A DNA stretch of 64,000 nt from Eledone cirrhosa. Lineage: Eukaryota. The position numbers and the translations under genes were made by a program. This document shows positions 1 to 24,837 of the stretch, piece by piece; position 1 is the stretch's first letter, and each line of letters begins with the position of its first letter. The DNA lies in assembly GCA_964016885.1 (NCBI GenBank), contig CAXHJY010000562.1, positions 798-64,797 on the forward strand. Direction: 5' to 3'. The notes under the pieces were generated by a model, which saw nothing but the letters and a program-made list of their open reading frames with translations, was not told where the DNA came from and did not search any database.

Positions 1-4021
<4,021 letters not shown>

Positions 4022-6484
4022 GTAACATGGTGGTGGAACAGTAAGGTGGAGGGATCAATTAAGGCCAAAAAGCAGGCTTGGCAAGTATGGCGGGATGGGG
4101 GAAGTAGAGTAGAGTAGACTATCAAGTGGCCAGGAGGAAAGCTAGGAGAGAAGTGTACTTAGCAAGAAGGGAAGCTGAGGAAAGAAAGTTCAAGCATGTT
4201 CTACAACGCGATGACCAAAAACGTGAGGTGTTCAGGATTGCTAGGCAATGCGTCAAGGAAAACCGTGATATTGTCGGGGAGAAGTGTGTACTTAACGATG
4301 ATGGCATACTTGCCATCACCGACACTGATAAGAATGTAGCTTGGAAGTGTCACTATGAAAGGCTACTAAATGAGGAGAATAAATGGGAGAAAGACAGTCT
4401 CCCCCATATCGACCCAATAGAGGGACCAGCAGTGTTAGTCGAGGAGAGTATAATAAGTAAGGCAATCAAGGATATGAAGACGGGTAAGGCGGCTGGGCCT
4501 TCGGAAATAGTTGCTGAGATGCTGAAGGGCATCTGGCACGGTGGGACACACCATGGTCACCCGCATAGTTAACCAAGTCGTACAGAATGGGGCCATTCCG
4601 AAGGACTGGCATAGCAGCATCATCGTTAACTGTTATAAGGGTAAAAGAGACGCCCTAGATAGGAGTAACTATAGAGGCATTAAATTAATCAACCAGGTCA
4701 TGAAGGTCACAGAAAAAGTAATAGCGCAACTAATCAGAGAGAGAATTGACCTAGATGAAATGCAGTTCGGGTTTGTGTCAGGCAAAAGTACCACAGACGC
4801 TCTTTTCATAGTACGACAACTACAGGAGAAGTACCTAGCTAAAGGTAAACCCCTCTACTTAGCTTTTGTCGACTTGGAGAAAGCCTTCGACAGAGTCCCC
4901 CGCTCCATTATCTGGTGGGCTCTTAGAAAACTAGGCGTTGACGAATGGCTTGTGAGGGCTATACAAGCCATGTATAAAGAAACAGTCAGCAAGGTTAGAA
5001 TTAACAACGATATAGTGACTAGTTTAGCGTAAAAGTTGGCGTCCATCAGGGCTCTGTTCTCAGCCCCCTACTATTTATTATTGCCCTTCAGGCTATAACA
5101 GAGGAGTTCAAGACAGGCTGCCCATGGGAACTCTTATACGCAGACGACCTGATACTCATAGCGGAATCAATGGCCGAGCTAGAGAAGAAATTCCAAACAT
5201 GGAAGCACGGCCTAGAGTCAAAAGGACTTAAAATTAACCTGGCTAAGACCAAAGTTCTAGTTTGTAGGAAAGAAAACAAGGCGGCGGTCCCTTCTGGGAA
5301 ATGGTCGTGCTCGGTGTGTAGGAAAGGCGTAGGTAGAAACTCCATTTTATGTCCTAAATGCAAAGTATGGGTGCATAAAAGATGTAGTGGGATCACAGGT
5401 AAGCTAACTAAGAACATTGATTTTACATGTGGCCGGTGTTCTGGTGCAATAAGTAGCAGCAAGTGCCCACAGAATACTAGCTCTTTCAATTGCGCAGAGG
5501 GTTCTATAGAAATAGTGGACAGTTTCCGTTACCTGGGCGATAAAATCAGCAGTGGGGGAGGGTGCTCTGAAAGTACTGTAGCTAGAGTCAGAACTGGTTG
5601 GAAAAAGTTCAGAGAGCTTATACCACTATTAGCTGCTAAAGGGTTCTCCCTAAAAATGAAAGGCAGGTTGTACGATGCCTGCATACGAACAGCAATGTTG
5701 CATGGCAGTGAGACCTGGGCATTGTGTGCAGAGGATATACGCAGACTAGAGAGGAACGAAGCTTGCATGCTCCGCTGGATGTGTAACAGTAATATACGTG
5801 AACGGCAAAGCATAAACGAACTAAGGAAAAAATTAGAGATAAGAGGGATCAGATGTTGTTTACTCGAGAGAAGGCTACGTGGTATGGACACGTGATGCGC
5901 ATGAAAGTCGATAGCTGTATAACAAAGTGCAGGGCAATAAAGATAGACGGTAGTCACGGAATAGGCAGACCTAGAAAAACCTGGGACGAGCTGATAAACT
6001 CCGACATCACACACTTACACCTCTCCAAGACAATGTCACTCGACCGAGACCTTTGGCGGTACTCAGTAACAGAGAAGACCCGCCTTACCTAAATACATAG
6101 TCAAACCTACTACAGCCAGTAGGCATCTCTAACAAAATACACCCCGTCCCACCACCACCACCCCCACCCCATCCACACCACCCCGTTCTATGTAAAGTTA
6201 TGTTGGTGCCGCGCCATCCAGGCCGAAACAAATGAGATCGTGTAGGTGTCACGACAAAAAAACACACAGTCCACGCTGTAATGTGGCCGTGTAAGCAACA
6301 CGGTAAAAACCTCCCAGACCCACACTGTAAATGTGGTTGGTGTTAGGAAGGGCATCCAACTGTAGAAAACCTGCCAGACAGTCCTATGCGAGCAAGAAAA
6401 TCACTCTTGCCTCAAGTGGGACTACCCCCGTCCAAAGCCATGCAAGCGTGGAGCACGGACGTTAAACGTTGATGATGATGATGA
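4022..6484 (+). mobile_element. 5'-truncated RTE-clade LINE (RT domain, C-terminus, 3' UTR, (GAT)n tail)
   Basis: Translated motifs TWWWN, KAAGPSEIVAEMLK, NYRGIKL, QFGF...STTDA, FVDLEKAFDRVP, GVHQGSVLSPLLF, YADD (5137-5148), [22 protein letters not shown]; ends GGACGTTAAACGTT(GAT)n; no APE endonuclease domain. Confidence 0.95.
4025..6092 (+). pseudogene. Frameshifted RTE reverse transcriptase ORF
   Basis: ORF pieces 4126-4572, 4541-5032, ~5033-5895 and 5853-6092 join via frameshifts near 4110 (AGAGT duplication), ~4528, ~5010 and ~5880 (CGTGG here versus CGTTGG in the 60.09 kb copy). Confidence 0.9.
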
Positions 6485-9122
<2,638 letters not shown>

Positions 9123-9882
9123 AGTAATAATAATAAAATTGAAGACTAAAATCCAAAGAGGGCTCGATAAGGAAAATATATATCAAATATATAAGAACCG
9201 TAGAGCAAATATTTATTAAAATAACAGATTAAAGTTTAAGCAAAGAATCGCTGCTTTCACCCTTAACGGGATCTTCTGAAACTAACAAAGTCAATCTGTA
9301 AATGCAGAACTGGATATTTCAAAAAACGTTGCAACGGGAGGAAGACAGGAAGACGATACTTTGGTTCATGGTGACGTTCACTGGCAAAGAACGGGAAAAA
9401 ACGAATAATACATCATTAATAGGAGCGGTGAAAAACAATTGCGCGCAAAGACCAAACCACATTTATGGTATAAAAGAGGTCGTAGACTAAGTTCTCTTAG
9501 TGGTGCATAGAGACGTTCTCTGGCAATGTACCAAAAAAGGAAGATAATAAGTCATATGTGGAGCGTGGAGAACAATAGCACGCAAATACAAAGCCACGTA
9601 AATGGTATAGCAGAAGATGTAGAGTAAAATTCTAACTAGGAGACCGAATGAATCTCCGCTACAGAGTTAAGAACAAAGTAAATAAATACAATACAGAAGT
9701 AATAGAAACAAATAAATACATACACGCAAACAGATACGTACATACACAAGCATACACAAAACCTTACCATATATATATATATACATATATATATATACAT
9801 ATATATATATATATTATATATATATATATATTATATATATATATTATATATATATATTATATATATATACATATATATATAC

Positions 9883-9915
<33 letters not shown>

Positions 9916-10001
9916 ATATATATATATTATATATATATATATATATTATATATATATATATATATATATCATATATATATATTATATATATATATATATA
10001 T

Positions 10002-10033
<32 letters not shown>

Positions 10034-10060
10034 ATATATATTATATATACATATATATAT

Positions 10061-10092
<32 letters not shown>

Positions 10093-10107
10093 ATATATTA
10101 TTTATAT

Positions 10108-10139
<32 letters not shown>

Positions 10140-10421
10140 ATTATTTATATTATATATATATATTATATATATATATATTATATATATATATATTATATAT
10201 ATATATATTATATATATAAATTATATATATATATATATTATATATATATATATATTATATATATATATATTATATATATATTATATTATATATATATATA
10301 TATATTATATATATATATATTATATATATATATATTATATATATATATATTATATATATATTATATATATATATTATATATATATATATTATATATATAT
10401 ATATTATATATATATTATATA

Positions 10422-10462
<41 letters not shown>

Positions 10463-10563
10463 TTATTATATATATATTATATATATATATATATTATATA
10501 TATATATATATATTATATATATTATATATATATTATATATATATATGTATATATATATATATC

Positions 10564-10618
<55 letters not shown>

Positions 10619-10748
10619 TATATTATATATATATATATATATTATATATATTATATATATATTATATATGTATATATATATATATTATATATATGTATAT
10701 ATATATATATTATATATATGTATATATATATATATTATATATATGTAT

Positions 10749-10858
<110 letters not shown>

Positions 10859-10875
10859 ATATATTATATATATAT

Positions 10876-10906
<31 letters not shown>

Positions 10907-10923
10907 ATATATTATATATATAT

Positions 10924-10954
<31 letters not shown>

Positions 10955-11463
10955 ATATATATATATATATATATTATATATATTATATATATATATATAT
11001 TATATATATATTATATATATATATATATTATATATATATTATATATATATTATATATATATTATATATATATTATATATATATATATATTATATTATATA
11101 TATATATTATATATATTATATATATATATTATATATATATTATATATATATTATATATATATATTATATATATTATATATATATATTATATATATATTAT
11201 ATATATATTATATATATATTATATATATATTATATATATATTATATATATATATTATATATATATTATATATATATTATATATATATTATATATATATTA
11301 TATATATATTATATATATATATTATATATATTATATATATATATTATATATATATTATATATATATTATATATATTATATATATATATTATATATATTAT
11401 ATATATATATTATATATATTATATATATATATTATATATATTATATATATATATTATATATAT

Positions 11464-11498
<35 letters not shown>

Positions 11499-11939
11499 AT
11501 ATATATATTATATATATATTATATATATATTATATATATATTATATATATATATTATATATATATTATATATATATTATATATATATTATATATATATTA
11601 TATATATATTATATATATATTATATATATATTATATATATATTATATATATATTATATATATATATTATATATATATATTATATATATATATTATATATA
11701 TATATTATATATATATATTATATATATATATTATATATATATATTATATATATATTATATATATATTATATATATATTATATATATATTATATATATATA
11801 TATTATATATATTATATATATATATATTATATATATATATATTATATATATATTATATATATTATATATATATTATATATATTATATATAAATATATTAT
11901 ATATATAATATATATATATATAATATATATATATATTAT

Positions 11940-12012
11940 CTGTTCCCGTCCCACCCTTGCAAGCAGGGAAAAGCGGACATAAATGAAATGATTAAAAAAA
12001 TGATGAAATGAT
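11940..12012 (+). mobile_element. Very short RTE-type 3' tail fragment
   Basis: CCTTGCAAGCAGGGAAAAGCGGACATAAATGA..TGATGAAATGAT resembles the RTE terminus CCATGCAAGCGTGGA..CGGACGTTAAA(GAT)n; TA on both sides. Confidence 0.65.
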
Positions 12013-12172
12013 ATATATATATATTATATATATTATATATATATAATATATATATATATAATATATATATATAATATATATATATAATGTATATATATAA
12101 TATATAATATATATATAATATATATATATAATGTATATATATAATATCTAATATATATATATAATATATATA

Positions 12173-12947
<775 letters not shown>

Positions 12948-13274
12948 TATATATATTATATATATATATTATATATATATATATTATATATATATTATAT
13001 ATATATATTATATATATATATTATATATATTATATATTATATATATATATATTATATATATATATATTATATATATATATATTATATATTATATTATATA
13101 TTATATATTATATATTATATATATATATATTTATATATTTATATATTATATATATATATATTTATATATTTATATATTATATATATATATATTTATATAT
13201 TTATATATTATATATATATATATTTATATATATATATTTATATATTATATATATATATATATATATTTATATAT

Positions 13275-13339
<65 letters not shown>

Positions 13340-13698
13340 TATGTATTATATATATTATATATATATATATTATATATATATTATATATATATATATTATA
13401 TATATTATATATATATATATATATATTATATTATGTATTATATATATTATATATATATATATTATATATATTATATATATATATATTATATATATTATAT
13501 ATATATATATTATATATATATATATTATATATATTATATATATATATATTATATATATATATATTATATATATTATATATATATATATTATATATATATA
13601 TATTATATATATTATATATATATATATTATATATATATATATATTATATATATATATATTATATATATATATATTATATATATTATATATATGTATAT

Positions 13699-13731
<33 letters not shown>

Positions 13732-13789
13732 GATATATATATATAATATATATAGATATATATATTATATATATTATATATATATATAT

Positions 13790-13821
<32 letters not shown>

Positions 13822-13864
13822 ATATTATATATATATATATTATATATATTATATATATGTATAT

Positions 13865-13897
<33 letters not shown>

Positions 13898-14129
13898 GAT
13901 ATATATATATAATATATATAGATATATATATTATATATATATATTATATATATATATATATTATATATATATATATTATACATATATACATATTATATAT
14001 ATATATTATATATATATATATATTATACATATATACATATTATATATATATATTATATATATATCTATATATATATTGCATATATATATATATCTATATA
14101 TATATTATATATATATTATATATATATAT

Positions 14130-14213
<84 letters not shown>

Positions 14214-14221
14214 AATATATA

Positions 14222-14271
<50 letters not shown>

Positions 14272-15101
14272 ATATATATTATATATATATATATTATATA
14301 TATGTATATATATATATATTATATATATATTATATATATTATATATATATATATTATATTATATTATATATATATTATATATATTATATATATATATATT
14401 ATATATATATTATATATATATTATATATATATTATATATATATTATATATATATTATATATATATTATTTATATATATATTATTTATATATATATTATTT
14501 ATATATATATTATTTATATATATATTATTTATATATATATTATATATATATATTATTTATATATATATTATATATATATATATTATATATATATATATTA
14601 TTTATATATATATTATATATATATATTATATATATATATTATTTATATATATATTATATATATATATTATTTATATATATATTATATATATATATTATTT
14701 ATATATATATTATATATATATATTATTTATATATATATTATATATATATATTATTTATATATATATTATATATATATATTATATATATATATTATATACA
14801 TATATTATATACATATATTATATATATATATTATATATTATATATATATATTATATATATATATTATATATATATATATTATATATATATTATATATATA
14901 TATATTATATATATATTATATATATATATTATATATATATATATTATATATATATTATATATGTATATATATTATATATATTATATATATAATATATTAT
15001 ATATATATTATATTTATATATTATATATATATATTATATATATATATATTATATATGTATATATATATATATATATTATATATGTATATATATATATATT
15101 A

Positions 15102-15148
<47 letters not shown>

Positions 15149-15918
15149 TATATATATTATATATATATATATATTATATATATTATATATATTATATATA
15201 TATATATATTATATATATATGTATATATATATACTATATATATTATATATATATGTATATATATATATATATTATATATATATATCTCTATATTATATAT
15301 ATATATGTATATATTATATATATGTATATATTATATATATGTATATATTATATATATGTATATATTATATATATGTATATATTATATATATGTATATATT
15401 ATATATATGTATATATTATATATATGTATATATTATATATATATATATATTACATATATATATGTATATATATATATATGTATATATTATATATATATAT
15501 ATATTAGATATATATATGTATATATATATATATATTATATATATATTATATATATATTATATATATATTATATATATATTATATATATATTATATATATT
15601 ATATATATATATATTATATATATATATATTATATATATATATATTATATATATTATATATATATATATTATATATATATTATATATATATTATATATATA
15701 TTATATATATATTATATATATATTATATATATATTATTTATATATATATTATATATATATTATATATATATTATATATATATTATTTATATATATATTAT
15801 ATATATATTATATATATATTATATATATATTATTTATATATATATTATTTATATATATATTATTTATATATATATTATTTATATATATATTATATATATA
15901 TATTATTTATATATATAT

Positions 15919-15950
<32 letters not shown>

Positions 15951-16096
15951 ATATATTATATATATATATATTATATATATATTATTATTTATATATATAT
16001 ATATATTAATACATATATTATATACATATATTATATATATATATTATATATATATATTATATTTATATATTATATATATATATTATATATATATAT

Positions 16097-16128
<32 letters not shown>

Positions 16129-16773
16129 ATATATATTACTATATATATATATATTATATATATTATATATATTATATATATATATATTATATATATTATA
16201 TATATGTATATATATATACTATATATATTATATATATATGTATATATATATATATATTATATATATATGTATATATATATATATATTATATATATATATC
16301 TATATATTATATTATATATATATTATATATATATATGTATATATTATATATATGTATATATTATATATATATATATATTACATATAGATATGTATATATA
16401 TATATATTATATATATATATATATTATATATATATATCTATATATTATATATATATATATATTATATATATATATGTATATATTATATATATGTATATAT
16501 TATATATATATATATATTACATATAGATATGTATATATATATATATTATATATATATATATATTATATATATATATGTATATATTATATATATATGTATA
16601 TATTATATATATATATATATTACATATAGATATGTATATATATATATATTATATATTACATATAGATATGTATATATATATATTATATATTATATATATA
16701 TATGTATATATTATATATATATATACTACTCTATATATATATATATATATTATATATTATAATATATATTATT

Positions 16774-16805
<32 letters not shown>

Positions 16806-16883
16806 ATTATACATATATTATATACATATATAAATATATATTATATATTATATATATATATTACTATATATATATTATATATC

Positions 16884-16932
<49 letters not shown>

Positions 16933-17028
16933 TATATATATATAATATATATATCTATATATATATAATATATAATATATATATATAATATATATATATA
17001 TATATAATATATATATATATAATATTAT

Positions 17029-17070
<42 letters not shown>

Positions 17071-17224
17071 ATATTATATATATATATAATATATATATAA
17101 TATATATATATAATATATTATATATATATATAATATATATATAATATATATATATATATATTATATATATATTATATATATATATAATATATATATATAT
17201 AATAATTATATATATATATATATT

Positions 17225-17255
<31 letters not shown>

Positions 17256-17963
17256 TATCTATATATATATTATATATATATATATATAATATATATATAT
17301 ATATATAATATATATATATATTATATATATATTATATATATATATAATATATATATATATAATATATATATAATACTATATATATAATATATATATATAT
17401 AATATATATATATAATATATAATATATATATATAATATATGTATATAATATATGTATATAATATATATATATAATATATATATATAATATATATATAAAA
17501 TAATATATATATATAATATATATATAATAATATATATATATAATATATATATATATAATATATACATTATATATATATAATACTATAATATATATATATA
17601 TACATATCTATATGTAATATATAATATTATATATATATACATATCTATATGTAATTATAATATATATATATAATATATACATATATATATAATATATACA
17701 TATATATATATATTATATATATATTATATATATATTATATATATATTATTTATATATATATTATATATATATTATATATATATTATATATATATTATATA
17801 TATATTATTTATATATATATTATATATATATTATATATATATTATATATATATTATATATATATTATATATATATTATTTATATATATGTTATTTATATA
17901 TATATTATTTATATATATATTATTTATATATATATTATATATATATATTATTTATATATATAT

Positions 17964-17995
<32 letters not shown>

Positions 17996-18766
17996 ATATT
18001 ATATATATATATATTATATATATATATATTATTTATATATATATTATATATTATATACATATATTATATATATATTATATATATATATTATATTTATATA
18101 TTATATATATATATTATATATATATATTATATATATATATATTATATATGTATATATATATTATATATATTATATATATATATATATTATATATATTATA
18201 TATATATGTATATATATATACTATATATATTATATATATATGTATATATATATATATTAGATATATATGTATATATATATATATATTATATATATATATC
18301 TATATATTATATATATATATATATTATATATATATATGTATATATTATATATATGTATATATTATATATATATATATATTACATATAGATATGTATATAT
18401 ATATATATTATATATATATATATATTATATATATATATCTATATATTATATATATATATATATTATATATATATATGTATATATTATATATATGTATATA
18501 TTATATATATATATATATTACATATAGATATGTATATATATATATATTATATATATATATATATTATATATATATATGTATATATTATATATATATGTAT
18601 ATATTATATATATATATATATTACATATAGATATGTATATATATATATATTATATATTATATATAGATATGTATATATATATATATTATATATTATATAT
18701 ATATGTATATATTATATATATGTATATATATATATATTTTATATATATATATGTATATATTATATA

Positions 18767-18824
<58 letters not shown>

Positions 18825-19004
18825 GTAATATATATATATATATATTATATATATATATTATATATATATTATTTATATATATTATATATATATATTATAT
18901 ATATATATTATATATATATATATATATATATTATATTATATATATTATATATATATATTATATATATATATATATATATAATATATATATATATATATTA
19001 TATT

Positions 19005-19132
19005 TGGCAGTATCGGTAGAGTTCAAATCCCGCCGAGGTTGACTTTGCCTTTCATCCTTACGGGGTCGATAAAATAAAGTACCAGTAATGCACTGGGTAA
19101 TTGCTGGCCTTGTGCCTAAAGTAGAAACAATT
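19005..19132 (+). mobile_element. tRNA-derived SINE (family A), internally deleted
   Basis: B-box GAGTTCAAATCC followed by core GCCGAGGTTGACTTTGCCTTTCATCCTTACGGGGTCGATAAAATAAAGTACCAG, repeated many times in the window. Confidence 0.85.
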
Positions 19133-19177
19133 ATATATATATATTATATACATATATATATATATTATATATATATA

Positions 19178-19561
19178 TTTACTCTTTTTACTCTTTTACC
19201 TGTTTCAGCCATCCGGCTGAGGCCATGCTGGGGCACCGCCCTTGTTGCTACACATTTTATCTTCAGCCTGTATAGGTCGGCCACTGGTGTAGGAGGGAGT
19301 TTGTTGCTGCTGCCCTTAGGTTTCCCTCGTGTCTTGCTGTGGGCTCATCCGGGATCCTGGATAACAAGGTGTCGAGATGTTTCTTAAAGACATCCACCTC
19401 CACGTCATGCAAGTCTCGCAGATGCCTCGGCAGCCTGTTGAAGAGTAGAGGGCCCTTGAATCCCAGGCTATTGCAATACCTGCTCCTTATTCTAGATGTG
19501 GAAGACGGGACCTTTGGCACCACACAGTGACGTCCTGTTCGACGGTTGGTCCAGCTCCCAA
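19178..19561 (-). mobile_element. CR1/L2-group LINE 3' end (C-terminus, 3' UTR, GTAAAAGA tail)
   Basis: Minus ORF SLGFKGPLLFNRLP..LRD...[15 protein letters not shown]...AAATNSL; tail GGCGGTGCCCCAGCATGGCC..GAAACAGGTAAAAGAGTAAAAAGAG; near-identical copy at 63.4 kb. Confidence 0.85.
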
Positions 19562-19665
19562 TATATTTTATATATATATATATTATATATATATATATTA
19601 TATATATATATATTATATATATATATTATATATATATATTATATATATATATTATATATATATAT

Positions 19666-19697
<32 letters not shown>

Positions 19698-19699
19698 AT

Positions 19700-19731
<32 letters not shown>

Positions 19732-20168
19732 ATTATATATATATATTATATATATATATTATATATATATATTATATATATATATTATATATATATATTA
19801 TATATATATATATATATTATATATATATATATATATTATATATATATATATTATATATATATATTATATTATATATATATATATATTTTATATATATATT
19901 ATATTATATATATATATATATTTTATATATATTATATTATATATATATATATATATTATATATATATATATTATATATATATATTATATATATATATTAT
20001 ATATATATATTATATATATATATTATATATATATATTATATATATATATTATATATATATATTATATATATATATTATATATTATATATATATATTATAT
20101 ATATATATTATATATATATATATATATATTATATATATTATATATATATATATATATATTATATATAT

Positions 20169-20202
<34 letters not shown>

Positions 20203-20462
20203 ATATTATATATATATTATATATATATATTATATATATATATTATATATATATATATTATATATATATATTATATATATATATTATATATATATATTAT
20301 ATATATATTATATATATATATATATTATATATATATATTATATATATATATATTATATATATATTATATATATATATTATATATATATATTATATATATA
20401 TATATATTATATATATATTATATATATATTATATATATATTATATATATATTATATATATAT

Positions 20463-20493
<31 letters not shown>

Positions 20494-20959
20494 ATAATTA
20501 TATATTATATATATATATATTATGTATATATATTATATATATATATATTATATATATATATTATATATATATATATATTATATATATATATTATATATAT
20601 ATATATATTATATATATATATATATTATATATATATTATATATATATATATATTATATATATATATATTATACATATATTATATATATATATATATTATA
20701 TATATATTATATATATATATTATATATATATATATATTATATATATATATTATATATATATTATATATATATATTATATATATATATATTATATATTATA
20801 TATATATTATATATATATATTATATATATATTATATATATATATTATATATATATATATTATATATATATTATATATATATATTATATATATATATTTTA
20901 TATATATATTATATATATATATTATATATATATATATTTTATATATGTATTATATATAT

Positions 20960-21002
<43 letters not shown>

Positions 21003-21191
21003 TATATATAATATATATATATATAATATATATATATAATATATATAATATATATATATATAATATATATATATATTATATATATATATATTATATATAT
21101 ATATATTATATATATATATATTATATTATATATATATATATATTATATATATATTATATATATATATATTTTATATATGTATTATATATAT

Positions 21192-21234
<43 letters not shown>

Positions 21235-21539
21235 TATATATAATATATATATATATAATATATATATATATAATATATATAATATATATATATATAATAT
21301 ATATATATATTATATATATATATATTATATATATATATATTATATATATATATATTATATTATATATATATATATATTATATATATATTATATATATATA
21401 TATATTATATATATATTTATATTATATATATATATATATTATATTATATATATATATATATTATATATATATTATATATATTATATATATATTATATATG
21501 TATATATATTATATATATATATTATATATGTATATATAT

Positions 21540-21570
<31 letters not shown>

Positions 21571-21587
21571 ATATATATATATATATT

Positions 21588-21632
<45 letters not shown>

Positions 21633-22471
21633 TATATATATATAATATATATATATATATATAATATATATATAATATATATATATATATAATATATATA
21701 TATATATAATATAATATATATATATATATAATATATATATATATATAATATATATATAATATATATATAATATATATATATATAATATAATATATATATA
21801 TATATAATATAATATATATATATATATATATATAATATATATATATATATAATATATATATATATATAATATATATATAATATATATATATATATAATAT
21901 ATATATATATATAATATATATATAATATATATATATATATAATATAATATATATATATATAATATATATATATATAATATATATATATATATAATATAAT
22001 ATATATAATATATATATATATAATATATATATATATAATATATATATATATAATATATATATATATTATATATATATATATTATATATATATATATTATA
22101 TATATATATATTATATATATTATATATATATATATTATATATATATATATTATATATATATATATTATATATATATATATTATATATATATATATTATAT
22201 ATATATATATTATATATATATATATTATATATATATATATTATATATATATATATTATATATATATATATATTATATATATATATATATTATATATATAT
22301 ATATTATATATATATATATATATTATATAATTAAGTAAAAATGTACATCCACATATGTATACTGAAATACTAGTATGCATATGAATACACACACGTATAC
22401 ATATGTAGATGTACCGAGTTTTTCACTGGTCACTTTACTGTGAGTGTCCAGCTATTCTGTATGTAAACAGA

Positions 22472-22504
<33 letters not shown>

Positions 22505-22528
22505 TATATATTATATATATATATATAT

Positions 22529-22559
<31 letters not shown>

Positions 22560-22736
22560 ATATATATATATATATTATATATATATATATATTATATTAT
22601 ATATATATATATATTATATATATATATATATTATATATATATTATATATATATATATATTATATATATATATATATATTATATATATATATATATTATAT
22701 ATATATATATTATATATATATTATATATATATATAT

Positions 22737-22769
<33 letters not shown>

Positions 22770-22816
22770 ATATATTATATATATATTATATATATATATT
22801 ATATATATATATATAT

Positions 22817-22848
<32 letters not shown>

Positions 22849-22907
22849 ATATACATATTATATATATATTATATATATATATATTATATATATATATATA
22901 TACATAT

Positions 22908-22943
<36 letters not shown>

Positions 22944-23485
22944 ATATAATATATATATATATATTATATATATATATTATATATATATATATATATTATA
23001 TATATATATATTATATATATATATTATATATATATATATTATATATATATATATTTTATATATATATTATATATATATATATTATATATATATATATTTT
23101 ATATATATATTATATATATATATATATTATATATATATATATTATATATATATATATTATATATATATATATTATATATATATATATTATATATATTATA
23201 TATATATATATATATTATATATATATATATTATATATATATATATTTTATATATATATATATTATATATATATATTATATATATATATATTATATATATA
23301 TATATTATATATATATATATTTTATATATATATATATATTATATATATATATATTATATATATATATATTATATATATATATATTATATATATTATATAT
23401 ATATATATTATATATATATATATTATATATATTATATATATATATATTATATATATATATTATATATATATATATATTATATATA

Positions 23486-23517
<32 letters not shown>

Positions 23518-23759
23518 TATATTATATATATATATTATATATATTATATATATATATATATATTATATATATATATTATATATATATATATATTATATAT
23601 ATTATATATATATATATATTATATATATTATATATATATATATATTATATATATATTATATATATATTATATATATATATATATTATATTATATATATAT
23701 ATTATATTATATATATATATATATATTATATTATATATATATATTATATTATATATATA

Positions 23760-23801
<42 letters not shown>

Positions 23802-23892
23802 ATATTATATATATATATATATTATATATTATATTATATATATATATATATTTATATATTATATTATATATATATATATATTATATATATAT

Positions 23893-23980
<88 letters not shown>

Positions 23981-24096
23981 ATATATATATATATTATATA
24001 TATATATATTATATATATATATATTATATATATATATATTATATATATTATATTATATATATATATTATATATATATATATTATATATATATATAT

Positions 24097-24128
<32 letters not shown>

Positions 24129-24242
24129 ATATTATATATATATATATTATATATATATATTATATATATATATATTATATATATATATATTATATATATA
24201 TATTATATATATATATTATATATATATTATATATATATATAT

Positions 24243-24276
<34 letters not shown>

Positions 24277-24411
24277 ATATTATATATATATATTATATAT
24301 ATATTATATATATATATTATATATATATATATTATATATATATATTATATATATATATTATATATATATATATTATATATATATATATTATATATATATA
24401 TATTATATATA

Positions 24412-24458
<47 letters not shown>

Positions 24459-24777
24459 ATATATTATATATATATATATATTATATATATATATATATTA
24501 TATATATATATATATATTATATATATATATATTATATATATATATATATTATATATATATATATATTATATATATATATATATATTATATATATATATAT
24601 TATATATATATATATATTATATATATATATATATTATATATATATATATATTATATATATATATATATTATATATATATATATTATATATATATATATAT
24701 TATATATATATATATATTATATATATATATATTATATATATATATATATTATATATATATATATATTATATATATAT

Positions 24778-24829
<52 letters not shown>

Positions 24830-24837
24830 ATATTATA

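Noticed and set aside
9247-9275. ATCGCT start resembling U2 snRNA
   Set aside because: Match ends after 6 nt
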